A stretch of 64,000 nt of DNA from a virus. The position numbers and the translations under genes were made by a program. Of this stretch, positions 10,278-20,103 are shown in pieces (the first letter of the stretch is position 1; every line of letters starts with the position of its first letter). The notes under the pieces are model-generated. The model was not told the DNA's origin. It did not search any database and saw only the letters and a list, made by a program, of their open reading frames with translations. The DNA lies in IMG/VR virus record IMGVR_UViG_3300008450_000004, positions 1 to 64,000 of that record; one strand, given 5' to 3'.

Positions 10278-10580
10278 ATGGATAGATATCAAAACGGAAC
10301 AATATTAAAAACAGAAGACGGACAACCCTACTATAAAAGTAAATTTTATCCTAACATACCTGTTTCAGAAAATGACTTCTATATAATAACTTCTGAAGGA
10401 GATAGACTTGATTCTTTAGCAAATTCTTATTATCGTGACTCTACTTTATGGTGGATTATAGCAATGGCAAATAATACTACTAATGGATTATTATTTCCTG
10501 CTCCTGGCACTCAATTAAGAATACCAATTAATATAGGAAATATTTTAACACAATATAATAATTTTAATAATGCTAGATAA
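10278..10580 (+). CDS. LysM-like baseplate wedge protein (gp53-like)
   Basis: EGDRLDSLANSYYRDSTLWWIIAMAN..GTQLRIP. Confidence 0.85.
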   Translation: MDRYQNGTILKTEDGQPYYKSKFYPNIPVSENDFYIITSEGDRLDSLANSYYRDSTLWWIIAMANNTTNGLLFPAPGTQLRIPINIGNILTQYNNFNNAR

Positions 10581-10588
10581 GTTATCAA

Positions 10589-13500
10589 ATGTCAATATTT
10601 AAAGATACATTTACTGAAAAAGTCAAAGATCAATTAACAATTAGAGGAAATGCGTTTTTAAAACGCACTTCTAATGATATAATATATATAAACGGAAGAA
10701 CGGCTTGGGCTAGAATGGTATCTGGTGTTGATGTAGGAGGAGATAGTAAACTAGCTAAAGAAAATATATTACAAGGTGGATTATTACAAAATGATGGTAA
10801 ATCCTTAAGACAAGGCGTTGGTAATAATTTTACCTCTAACGCATATAGTAATATAACTAACAACACAAATAATTTTTATGGTTTAAGACCAATGCCTGGT
10901 ATTACTAGTATTAACGTACAAAGTAAATCAGCATATGGCTCAGTACGTGTAGCAACAGTAACATTTAATTGTTGGGATATCCGACAATTAGAATTATTAG
11001 AATTATTATACATGAGACCGGGGTTTGTATTATTGTTAGAGTGGGGTTGGTTGCCCTATTTAGATAATAAAGGAAATATAGTTACAAATCTTAAAAATAA
11101 TTTTTATGATATTTTTGATTCATCAAGAATATCACCTAAAACAGGTAAACCTATATCTCTTCATGAACGTTTAATTGAAGTATATAATAAATCTCAAGAA
11201 AACGATGCTAACTATGAAGGTATATTAGGTTATATCAAAAACTATAGTTGGTCACAAAGACCAGATGGAGGATACGATTGTACAACTGAGATTATATCAA
11301 CAGGTGAGGTATTAGAATCATTAAAAGTAAATTACTCTGTAAATTACATTTCTCCAACCGAATTAAAAAATGGAATATTATTTACATCAAAAAAATCTTC
11401 TGGAGCCTCTTTTGTAGATAACACAAAATATGGAGAATCAATAGCTAAGTTTTATCAAAATAATATTTTAGCTGGGATAGCTGCTGAATCTATATTTGCT
11501 GCTTACACTAAAATAGATGAAGAAAATAAAGAAGATAGTGATTTAAATAAAGGATTAGTTTATCCTATAATTGATAACGGATCTATTACAGGAACGGTAA
11601 ACCATGCTATAAATCTTTTTATATTTAAAATTGAAGCAAACTCAACAGATGAACAAAAAGATGAACAAAAAAGTAGTAAAATTGATCCTAATATTCAAGT
11701 GTATATAGACTTAGATTCATTTACTAAAATAATAAGTAAACACGTAGTACCATCAAACCCAGATAATGGAGATCCCTTAGTATCCTTAACTACTAAATCA
11801 AGAGAATATATCTCAGGTTCTGTATCTAGTCCTGATTTATATTGTTTATATCATCCTTTACAAATATCAATGGATCCTAGAATATGTTTAATTAAAAATG
11901 ATCTATTTAGAAAAGCACTTACAGTAAATCCAACATATAATCCACCATCAACTGTTTGGAACATAACTGATTTACCTCGTAATGAACAAGGATTTGCTTT
12001 ACTTCTTAAAAGTTATATTAAAATATTTTTAAATGCTTTAACAACTACAATAACAGATGATGATGCTCAAATAAAATATATACAACAAACTATAATAAAT
12101 TTACAACTACGAGCGGCTTCATATGGTATTACTGATATAAAAATAATAGGTAAATTTTTAGCTAACGCTTGGGAAGAATACAAATTTCAAAATTCTAATA
12201 CAATATTAGGAGATGTAACAACTGCTTCTGGTACTGTTTCTACTATAACTGATATAAATTATACTGGTATTTTAAATAACAATATAAGATTTAATCCATT
12301 AAATGGCAGACTATACCCAGATGAAAAAAATTTTATAAATGAGATTTCTGGTTTTGATTTTATTACTGTTCTCAAAATAAAACTTAAAGGTCGTGGAAAT
12401 TCTATAGGTACTGACCAAGAATTAAAATCGGCACTAGGTGAAGAATACAGTAAAGTTTATGTTCCTGATACTAATGTTGCTTTAGCTGCTAAAGATGCTA
12501 TTATAGCAAAAATAAATGATCTTAAAGAAGATAAAAATAGAGAAAATATTAAATTTGAAGGAATTGAATTTTTAGATAGATTACCAAAAAACTTTAGAGA
12601 ATCAACTAATGGTAAAAGTTTAGGAAATATAGGAAATATATATATTAATTTACTTAATGTTATTAATTTAGCTACTGATGGTAATTTAGAAGCAAATGAT
12701 GTTAAAGAAAAACAAGATATTAATTTATATGATTTTATAAAAAAACTAATGGGTCAAGTTCAAAGTTCTATAGGTAATGTAAATAACTTTGATATCCATG
12801 TTGACCCTATTGATGGTATAGGTAGAATTATAGACATTAACTATGTTGATGAAAAAAAAACTAGTGATGCATATGCTAATGCCTTTACATTTATAAGCCA
12901 ACCAGACAATCTTGGTCTTCCTGCTTTTAATGGATTAGTAAATAATGTTCGCTCATATAAAATAAATTCTAAAATATTTAAAGAACAAAGTAGTATTGTA
13001 GCTATTAGTGCCCAAAATGGAGGTGGTGTAATGGGACTAGATAATGAAACCTTAGTAGGATTTCAAAAGGGTCTTACAAATAGATTAGCTTTAAACACAA
13101 AACCAACATCTGCTCCTTATATTCAAAGTCAAGGAGCACAAATAATAGGAGTATTAAATCAATCTTTATCTTTACTTGTAACCTTTTTAGAAGATTTAAA
13201 TTGGATTCCTAAAAGATTCTGGCCTGATAAAGAAAGAGAATATGACATAGAAAATTCAGAAAAATATAAAAATGCTTTACGTGATATGATAAGAGCATAT
13301 ATAACATTTTCTAAAAACAGTACTGCTTTTAAAGCTATAATCCCAACTACTGTATCTTTAGAATTAGATGGTATTGGAGGTATTATTATAGGTCATATGT
13401 TTAGATTACCTGATGAAGTTTTACCACTTGGATACAAAGGAGATCAAATAAACCAAAATAAAATAGGTAGAAAATTAGGATATATAGTAACAGGATTAGG

Positions 13501-14224
13501 ACATAAAATAACGGATTCAGATTGGACTACTAATATAGAAGCTCAAACTATAATATTAGAAGATCCAGAAACAACAACAGAATTAGATTTTTTTAAACTT
13601 TTAGAATCAGCAGACGCTACAGATGAGATAACAGTAGATGTAGAAACAGGACAGACCACAATTAAAGAAGCTAATACTTCTGTAAGCCTACCAACAGTAC
13701 TAAATACTTCAGAACAAGATTTTTGGACTTTAGTAGCAATATGTGCTACAGAAGCAGGAGCATTAGATGCACAAGGACAAGCTGATGTTGCTCAATCATT
13801 GTATAATAGATTAGGCTCAAAAGCATATTCTGCTACTTCTATAACTAAATTAATATTAAAGAAAGGACAATATGAACCTACATGGAGATTTCCTAAAGGA
13901 TCAGAACGTGGAAAAAATAATCCTAATCCATCTTGGTATGGTATAACAAACGCTTCAACAGCAGCAACAGCAACTGGATTAAATGAAAATCAATTGTCTC
14001 AAGTAGCTAGAAATATTCAAAATCCTGAATTACAAAGACAAGCAACCCAATTTATTCAAGGAAGAACTGATTTTTTAGGAAAAGATCAATCCGCTGATGC
14101 AATGACTGCGAATGGTTCTAAAAAACAAAGAAATACATTTAGTAATAAATTTGGATTTTCATTCAGTTATACTAAAAACACAACATATCCTGTTCCTAAT
14201 TTTATTAATAAAATAAAAATATGA
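10589..14224 (+). CDS. baseplate hub protein with a C-terminal SleB-like cell wall hydrolase domain
   Basis: N-terminal RPMPGITS..YMRPG..LLEWGW; LELDGIGG hub motif; C-terminal LVAICATEAG..VAQSLYNR..ILKKGQYEP. Confidence 0.75.
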   Translation: MSIFKDTFTEKVKDQLTIRGNAFLKRTSNDIIYINGRTAWARMVSGVDVGGDSKLAKENILQGGLLQNDGKSLRQGVGNNFTSNAYSNITNNTNNFYGLRPMPGITSINVQSKSAYGSVRVATVTFNCWDIRQLELLELLYMRPGFVLLLEWGWLPYLDNKGNIVTNLKNNFYDIFDSSRISPKTGKPISLHERLIEVYNKSQENDANYEGILGYIKNYSWSQRPDGGYDCTTEIISTGEVLESLKVNYSVNYISPTELKNGILFTSKKSSGASFVDNTKYGESIAKFYQNNILAGIAAESIFAAYTKIDEENKEDSDLNKGLVYPIIDNGSITGTVNHAINLFIFKIEANSTDEQKDEQKSSKIDPNIQVYIDLDSFTKIISKHVVPSNPDNGDPLVSLTTKSREYISGSVSSPDLYCLYHPLQISMDPRICLIKNDLFRKALTVNPTYNPPSTVWNITDLPRNEQGFALLLKSYIKIFLNALTTTITDDDAQIKYIQQTIINLQLRAASYGITDIKIIGKFLANAWEEYKFQNSNTILGDVTTASGTVSTITDINYTGILNNNIRFNPLNGRLYPDEKNFINEISGFDFITVLKIKLKGRGNSIGTDQELKSALGEEYSKVYVPDTNVALAAKDAIIAKINDLKEDKNRENIKFEGIEFLDRLPKNFRESTNGKSLGNIGNIYINLLNVINLATDGNLEANDVKEKQDINLYDFIKKLMGQVQSSIGNVNNFDIHVDPIDGIGRIIDINYVDEKKTSDAYANAFTFISQPDNLGLPAFNGLVNNVRSYKINSKIFKEQSSIVAISAQNGGGVMGLDNETLVGFQKGLTNRLALNTKPTSAPYIQSQGAQIIGVLNQSLSLLVTFLEDLNWIPKRFWPDKEREYDIENSEKYKNALRDMIRAYITFSKNSTAFKAIIPTTVSLELDGIGGIIIGHMFRLPDEVLPLGYKGDQINQNKIGRKLGYIVTGLGHKITDSDWTTNIEAQTIILEDPETTTELDFFKLLESADATDEITVDVETGQTTIKEANTSVSLPTVLNTSEQDFWTLVAICATEAGALDAQGQADVAQSLYNRLGSKAYSATSITKLILKKGQYEPTWRFPKGSERGKNNPNPSWYGITNASTAATATGLNENQLSQVARNIQNPELQRQATQFIQGRTDFLGKDQSADAMTANGSKKQRNTFSNKFGFSFSYTKNTTYPVPNFINKIKI

Positions 14225-14709
14225 GATATCCTAAAAACCAATTAAAAGAAAATCAATACACACCTGGAGGAGAATTTATTGATACTTCTAATAATAGAAT
14301 ATATAGTGGATATTATTGGGAAATTAATGGAAGTTATTTTATAGGTAAAACAGCTTCTAACAATGCTATTAAACTTAAAAAAGCAAGTCCTGAAGAAATA
14401 CAAAGAGCCCAATTAAATAAAACTGAAGGGGTAAATAGTATTTCAAAAGAAACAATATTATCTTCTAATAGTATAATAATAAGCATTCCCTCTAATACAA
14501 GTACCTCTGATATTCGTTACTTTTCAAAACAGATTAACATAACTCCTACAGTTATAAAAGAAATAAATAAAAATACATTTGATAATATTAAAAATAATGG
14601 ATTGTATCAAACATTATCTTTAAGTTCTGATTCAATCTACCCAAATTCTCCAGCACTAAATGTAGCAGAAAAAAATTTCTTTGGTATAAAAGCATTTTTA
14701 GGTTTTTAA
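14221..14709 (+). CDS. hypothetical protein at the end of the tail operon
   Basis: YTPGGEF..YSGYY motif; overlaps the hub gene stop. Confidence 0.6.
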   Translation: MRYPKNQLKENQYTPGGEFIDTSNNRIYSGYYWEINGSYFIGKTASNNAIKLKKASPEEIQRAQLNKTEGVNSISKETILSSNSIIISIPSNTSTSDIRYFSKQINITPTVIKEINKNTFDNIKNNGLYQTLSLSSDSIYPNSPALNVAEKNFFGIKAFLGF

Positions 14710-14749
14710 GTCAAAAAAGCTTTATTATCTTTATAAAAATAAAGGTTAT

Positions 14750-16051
14750 ATGGCATTTTACGTTATAGAAAAACAAGATCAATTAGATAAATTAACATGT
14801 TTTGGAGATTGTTTTATTGATTTCATTTCACAAAACAATAATTTTCACCCTAAAATTAGTCCCTTAAGTCTAATATATCTTAGACCATTAAACGATCATA
14901 AAGGTTATATATTCTGCCTAAATCATAGTGAATCGTTTTCTTTAGATAAAGAATATACTATTAATTGGATTAATAACAATACTCAAAAATTATTTACTCC
15001 TGATAAGAAAAAGGCTTTATATTATTTTAATAATTTTGATAAGTTATACGATATTAATTTTATAGAAAGTATCCCTTTAGATAAATTACAAACAAATAAC
15101 TGTATTGATTTTTATTATAAAAAACATTATGCCTTACCTAATGTAAATTGTTTAATTCCTCTTAGTAAACACTATGAGGAAAAAGAAAATTTATTTGGGT
15201 TAGCTAAACCTATTATATCTCAATTTAGAGAAAATAATAATACATATAAATTCAATAATAATCAAACAACACAAGTATTTTTTGAAATAGAGAATAATGG
15301 TATAAAAATAGACAAAGATTGTTTTATTGATTGTTATGGTGGCGATTTAAAACACCCAGAATTTAATATATTAAAAGGCAAAATATATTCTCATTATAAC
15401 TTATACACGACTACTAGTAGACCCTCTAATTCATATAACCATATTAATTTTGTTGCTTTAAACAAAAATAACGGTGAACGATTATGTTACCGTCCCTCAA
15501 ACGATATGTTTATTGAGTTTGACATTCAGGGATATCACCCACGCATATTAGGAGAAATGATTAATTTTTCATTTTTAAACACCAGAAACACATATGAGAC
15601 ATTAGCTACCATATTAGATGTATCTTATGATGAAGCTAAAGAATTAACATTTAAACAAATATATGGGGGTGTATGGAATGAATACAAAAATAAACCATTT
15701 TTTAAAGATATAATAAGAATTACAGACGATATTTGGGATACATACCAATTTAGTAAATATTATGAAACTAAAAACAGAATATTTGCAATAGATAAAGATA
15801 TGACTCAGTCTAAATTATTAAATTACATAATACAAAGTAAAGAAACATCTATAAATGTTGAAATATTAACAGAAATAATAAATTATTTAAAAGATAAACA
15901 AACTAAATTAGTGTTATATACTTATGATGCGTTTTTGTTTGATTTTGCAAGGTCAGATGGAAAAGAAACATTAATCGAATTACAACGAATAATAAAATAT
16001 CCAACAAACATTAAAAAAGGCAAAACATACCATAATCTACAAAAAATATAA
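14750..16051 (+). CDS. short family A DNA polymerase-like protein
   Basis: TTTSRPS; motif A FDIQGYHPR; motif B AKELTFKQIYG; NYIIQ; motif C LYTYDAFLFD. Confidence 0.8.
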   Translation: MAFYVIEKQDQLDKLTCFGDCFIDFISQNNNFHPKISPLSLIYLRPLNDHKGYIFCLNHSESFSLDKEYTINWINNNTQKLFTPDKKKALYYFNNFDKLYDINFIESIPLDKLQTNNCIDFYYKKHYALPNVNCLIPLSKHYEEKENLFGLAKPIISQFRENNNTYKFNNNQTTQVFFEIENNGIKIDKDCFIDCYGGDLKHPEFNILKGKIYSHYNLYTTTSRPSNSYNHINFVALNKNNGERLCYRPSNDMFIEFDIQGYHPRILGEMINFSFLNTRNTYETLATILDVSYDEAKELTFKQIYGGVWNEYKNKPFFKDIIRITDDIWDTYQFSKYYETKNRIFAIDKDMTQSKLLNYIIQSKETSINVEILTEIINYLKDKQTKLVLYTYDAFLFDFARSDGKETLIELQRIIKYPTNIKKGKTYHNLQKI

Positions 16052-16052
16052 T

Positions 16053-16505
16053 ATGAAATTCTCGTTTATAAACAACCCTGATATATTTATTGATAATGAA
16101 ATTTCATCAATAGACATGGGACAAAAATTATTTTGTACTTTTACATTACATGGTGATTTAGAAAAAACTCTAGATAACATAACAGATAAATATACAATCT
16201 TATATGATAAAATATTTATTTTAGAATCACCACAAAGCGAAGAATTAATGTGTACTTACAACATAGATACACATAATACTAATGATATTCCTTTATATCA
16301 TACTATATTATTACACCGCAAAAAGGAAAGCAATACGTTATATACTATTAATGCATTAAATACATTAATTAAATTATTAAATAATGGTGTATTAGACACT
16401 AAATACCCCATAAATTGGTTAGAATATAATAATAGTTTATTACTAACTAATGGTAATGATATACGTAAATTAGAAACTAAAATTTACAATATAATCCATC
16501 TTTAA
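16053..16505 (+). CDS. hypothetical protein (start may be 16116)
   Basis: KLFCTF..HRKKESNTLYTINALN; ATATTTAT at 16083 precedes the internal Met. Confidence 0.65.
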   Translation: MKFSFINNPDIFIDNEISSIDMGQKLFCTFTLHGDLEKTLDNITDKYTILYDKIFILESPQSEELMCTYNIDTHNTNDIPLYHTILLHRKKESNTLYTINALNTLIKLLNNGVLDTKYPINWLEYNNSLLLTNGNDIRKLETKIYNIIHL

Positions 16506-16508
16506 AAC

Positions 16509-17084
16509 ATGAAACTAATAAAAGAAGCAAAACGTCTACAAGAATTAGCGGGAATTAATGAGATTAAAGTTGAACCACCAAAGAGAGAAGAATACTATAT
16601 ATATAATCTAGACGATTCAGAAGGAACAGAACCACCTCTTGGGCCTTTTTCTTTAAATAAAGCAAAAGAGAAATTAAAAATATATAATGCCGGATTATCA
16701 TACCCTGAATGGGGTATAATAGATGCTGAAGAAGCTCGTAAGTGGTATGATTTAGATGAGGTTAAAATTGCTTTTAAAGATAATAGAAAAGCTTTAGGAA
16801 CAGTGTTTTATGAAAATCCTGATACTGAAGAAGCAGAAAAATATGGTTATCTATATGTTTGGAATCAGGAATTTATAGAACAATTAGCTAAAGATTTAGG
16901 CTACGAAGAAGACTACGAAGATGCAGCAAATGAATTTACAGCATATGTTGAGCCAGGTACTAAAGAAGATATACATTCTCTAGAGAAGATTTTAAGACTT
17001 AAAAATTTAACTGTAGATAAACTTACTGTAGAAATGTATAAACAAGCTATGTTACGTTCACTAAAAAAGATATCTCTTCCTTAA
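16509..17084 (+). CDS. acidic hypothetical protein, candidate internal head protein
   Basis: Leader MKLIKEAKRLQELAGINE with I/L-x-E sites. Confidence 0.55.
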   Translation: MKLIKEAKRLQELAGINEIKVEPPKREEYYIYNLDDSEGTEPPLGPFSLNKAKEKLKIYNAGLSYPEWGIIDAEEARKWYDLDEVKIAFKDNRKALGTVFYENPDTEEAEKYGYLYVWNQEFIEQLAKDLGYEEDYEDAANEFTAYVEPGTKEDIHSLEKILRLKNLTVDKLTVEMYKQAMLRSLKKISLP

Positions 17085-17090
17085 AGAATA

Positions 17091-17122
17091 TTTGGGAAGT
17101 CAGAATTAAGGTTTTATATTTA
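17091..17122 (+). promoter_or_regulatory. Bacteroidota-type primary sigma promoter
   Basis: TTTG-N20-TATATTTA upstream of the SSB gene. Confidence 0.65.
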
Positions 17123-17140
17123 TAACAAATAGTTATAAAA

Positions 17141-17974
17141 ATGGATTTATCATTAATTAAACAGAAGCTTGCCTCTTCTCAGAACAAAGGCAAATTAAAA
17201 GAGAAAACAGATTATACTAAAATTTTCTGGAAACCTAAGCCAGGTAAATACCAAATACGTATTTTACCTTCTAAATTCGACAAATCTAATCCTTTTCGTG
17301 AAATTTATTTTCACTATGGATTTGCAAGAGGTCCAATTTTAGCATTAACAAATTGGAATGAAAAAGATCCTATTGTTGAATTTGCAAAACAATTACGTAA
17401 ATCGTCAGACAAAGATGATTGGCAATTAGCTAAAAAAGTTGAACCAAAATTACGTTACTTTGCACCTGTGTTAGTACGTGGAGAAGAAGATAAAGGTGCT
17501 CGTTTATGGGAATTTGGTAAATTAACTTATGAACAATTGTTAGGTATTGCTGCTGACGAAGACTATGGTGATTACACAGATGTTTCTAATGGACGTGATT
17601 TTACTATTGAAGCTATTGAAGATTCAATTGCTGGAAAAAAAAGTATTAAATGCTCTATTCGTCCTAAAGTTAAATCATCATCTATTTCAGAAGACGCTAC
17701 TTTAATACAAAAAGTATTAGATGAACAACCTGATATTTTAACTGTTAATAAACATTATACATTTGAGGAATTACAAGAGGTTCTTAACAAATGGCTAAAC
17801 CCAGAAGAAACTGCTGAAGAAACAGAAACACCAGTAGCATCAGCTACGGATGAAGATGAGGATGAAACAAGCGACTTACCTTGGGAAAAAGAAACATCTT
17901 CTCCTTATAAAGTAGAAGCACCTACTAAAACAAGCAACGCGGATAAATTTGATAGTTTATTTAACGAAAACTAA
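17141..17974 (+). CDS. single-stranded DNA-binding protein (T4 gp32-like)
   Basis: FWKP..IRILP, GRDFTI and an acidic tail ending FDSLFNEN. Confidence 0.88.
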   Translation: MDLSLIKQKLASSQNKGKLKEKTDYTKIFWKPKPGKYQIRILPSKFDKSNPFREIYFHYGFARGPILALTNWNEKDPIVEFAKQLRKSSDKDDWQLAKKVEPKLRYFAPVLVRGEEDKGARLWEFGKLTYEQLLGIAADEDYGDYTDVSNGRDFTIEAIEDSIAGKKSIKCSIRPKVKSSSISEDATLIQKVLDEQPDILTVNKHYTFEELQEVLNKWLNPEETAEETETPVASATDEDEDETSDLPWEKETSSPYKVEAPTKTSNADKFDSLFNEN

Positions 17975-17979
17975 TCAAC

Positions 17980-19071
17980 ATGGCAAAAAAAGACAGTTTA
18001 ACAGCTGCTATATCAGACGGTTTAAAAAAGCCGTTTGATATAGAAGCATTCAAAAAATCAAAATACTTAGATCAATCATCTAAGTTTAAAAAACAAAGAT
18101 GGATTCCTTTTTCATCAGCAATGAATGATGCATTGTCTATCCCGGGAGTACCTATGGGGCATGTGTTTATAGCTCGTGGTGGGTCAGATACAGGTAAAAC
18201 AACATTGTTAATCGAAACTGCAGTAGCAGCTCAAAAAATGGGTATATTACCTATATTCATTATTACTGAAATGAAGTGGGATTTTTCTCATGCTCAGAAA
18301 ATGGGTTTTGAGTTGAATGAAATAGTTGACGAGGAAACAGGAGAAGTAAATTATACTGGGTTTTTCTTATATGTAGATAGAGCATCATTGAATACTATTG
18401 AAGATGTAGCTGGATTTATTGCTGATATTTTAAATGAGCAAAAACAAGGAAAATTACCTCACGATTTATTGTTCTTATGGGATTCAGTTGGTTCTATTCC
18501 ATGTGAAATGAGTGTTAAACAAGGAAATAATAATCCTATGTGGAATGCCGGCGCTATGGCTACTCAATTTGGTAATTTTATTAATCAACAGTTTCCATTA
18601 TCTCGTAAAGAAAAATATCCTTACACAAATACATTCTTTATTATTAACAAAACGGGTGTACAACCAGCTTTAACACCTATGTCTCAACCTAGGATGACAA
18701 ATAAAGGTGGTAATTCAATGTATTGGGATGCTACTATTGTAGCTACGTTTGGTAACGTTACTAATAGTGGTACTTCTAAAATATTTGCACAACATAAAGG
18801 CAAAAAAGTAGAATTTGCTAAACGTACTAAAATAGCAATTGATAAAATACATGCTGATTGTGGTATAGCAACAGCAACTACAGTAATTGTAACACCTCAT
18901 GGTTTTATACCTGATGATAAAGAAGCAGAAAAAGAATATAAAAAACTTCATGCTCATGAGTGGTTTGGTGAAAAAGTAGATATTGAAAAACTTCAAATAA
19001 TTGAAGATAATTCCGAGTGGGAAGAAAGTAGCAGAATATCACCAATGATCGAAGTAGATAATGAAGAATAA
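17980..19071 (+). CDS. uvsX: RecA/UvsX-like recombinase
   Basis: Walker A GGSDTGKTT, ITEMK, Walker B FLWDSVG and KGG motif. Confidence 0.9.
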   Translation: MAKKDSLTAAISDGLKKPFDIEAFKKSKYLDQSSKFKKQRWIPFSSAMNDALSIPGVPMGHVFIARGGSDTGKTTLLIETAVAAQKMGILPIFIITEMKWDFSHAQKMGFELNEIVDEETGEVNYTGFFLYVDRASLNTIEDVAGFIADILNEQKQGKLPHDLLFLWDSVGSIPCEMSVKQGNNNPMWNAGAMATQFGNFINQQFPLSRKEKYPYTNTFFIINKTGVQPALTPMSQPRMTNKGGNSMYWDATIVATFGNVTNSGTSKIFAQHKGKKVEFAKRTKIAIDKIHADCGIATATTVIVTPHGFIPDDKEAEKEYKKLHAHEWFGEKVDIEKLQIIEDNSEWEESSRISPMIEVDNEE

Positions 19072-20083
19072 GTATGCTCAACTTTTATCTAATATAAATA
19101 ATAATCCTCGTACTGCTCAAGATTCAATTTTAATAATTGATGGTTTAAATTGTTTTTTAAGAGCATTCACTATGATTAATCATATAAACCCAGATGGAGC
19201 CCATATTGGTGGGCTTACTGGGTTTTTAAAATCAATTGGTTATGCTATAAAAATAATAGATCCAACTAAGGTAGTTATTGTATTTGATGGTATTGGTGGT
19301 TCAAATAATAAAAGAAACTTATATCCTGATTACAAAGCAAATAGAAATAAAAGTCGTATGACTAATTATTCTATATTCAGTAATAAGGAAGAAGAAAATG
19401 AAGCCATCAATAACCAAATAAGTAGATTAATACAATATCTTAAATGTCTTCCAGTTAGTATTATTTGTATAGACGGTATTGAAGCAGATGATGTTATTGG
19501 TTATCTCGCGGTAAAATTCGAGAATTTTGCGTTAACTAAGGAAGTCACCATAATGTCCGCTGATAAAGATTTCTTGCAGTTAACAAGCGATAAAACACAA
19601 GTTTATTCGCCTATTAAGAAGAAAATATATAAACCTGAAGATGTAAAAACTGAGTATATTGTAGATCATTTAAATTTTATAAATTATAAAATATTAATGG
19701 GAGATACATCAGATAACTTACCTGGCGTACCTGGTTTAGGTCCTAAAAAACTAATTAAACTATTTCCTATTTTAAATGAAAACAGAAAAATTAGTTTAGA
19801 TGAGATAATAGAATATTCTAAAACCAAAATTAACGAACATGCTTTATATTCTTCTGTTATAGAAAGATCATATCAGTTAAGTATCAACATGCAATTAATG
19901 GATTTACAAAACATTCCTATATCAGATGAAAATAAAAGAGAAATACAACAAAATTTTAATGATCAATTTTCATTAAATAAACATGTGTTTATGCAGATGT
20001 ATTTAGCAGATCATCTAGAAGAAAACATACCTAACACATCAAATTGGCTTAATCAAATTTTTGGAGGGCTAGATAATTTTTAG
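19061..20083 (+). CDS. 5'-3' exonuclease / flap endonuclease (T4 RNase H-like)
   Basis: IIDG, VFDG, YKANR, EADD, SADKD and GDTSDNLPGVPGLGPK motifs. Confidence 0.93.
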   Translation: MKNKYAQLLSNINNNPRTAQDSILIIDGLNCFLRAFTMINHINPDGAHIGGLTGFLKSIGYAIKIIDPTKVVIVFDGIGGSNNKRNLYPDYKANRNKSRMTNYSIFSNKEEENEAINNQISRLIQYLKCLPVSIICIDGIEADDVIGYLAVKFENFALTKEVTIMSADKDFLQLTSDKTQVYSPIKKKIYKPEDVKTEYIVDHLNFINYKILMGDTSDNLPGVPGLGPKKLIKLFPILNENRKISLDEIIEYSKTKINEHALYSSVIERSYQLSINMQLMDLQNIPISDENKREIQQNFNDQFSLNKHVFMQMYLADHLEENIPNTSNWLNQIFGGLDNF

Positions 20084-20091
20084 TAAATTTA
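20060..20091 (+). promoter_or_regulatory. Bacteroidota-type promoter
   Basis: TTTG-N20-TAAATTTA upstream of the helicase. Confidence 0.55.
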
Positions 20092-20103
20092 AAATAAAGG
20101 TTT

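Noticed and set aside
859-14709. Bacterial contractile injection system or tailocin
   Set aside because: The tail genes are contiguous with a T4-like replisome and homing endonucleases, which fits a lytic phage
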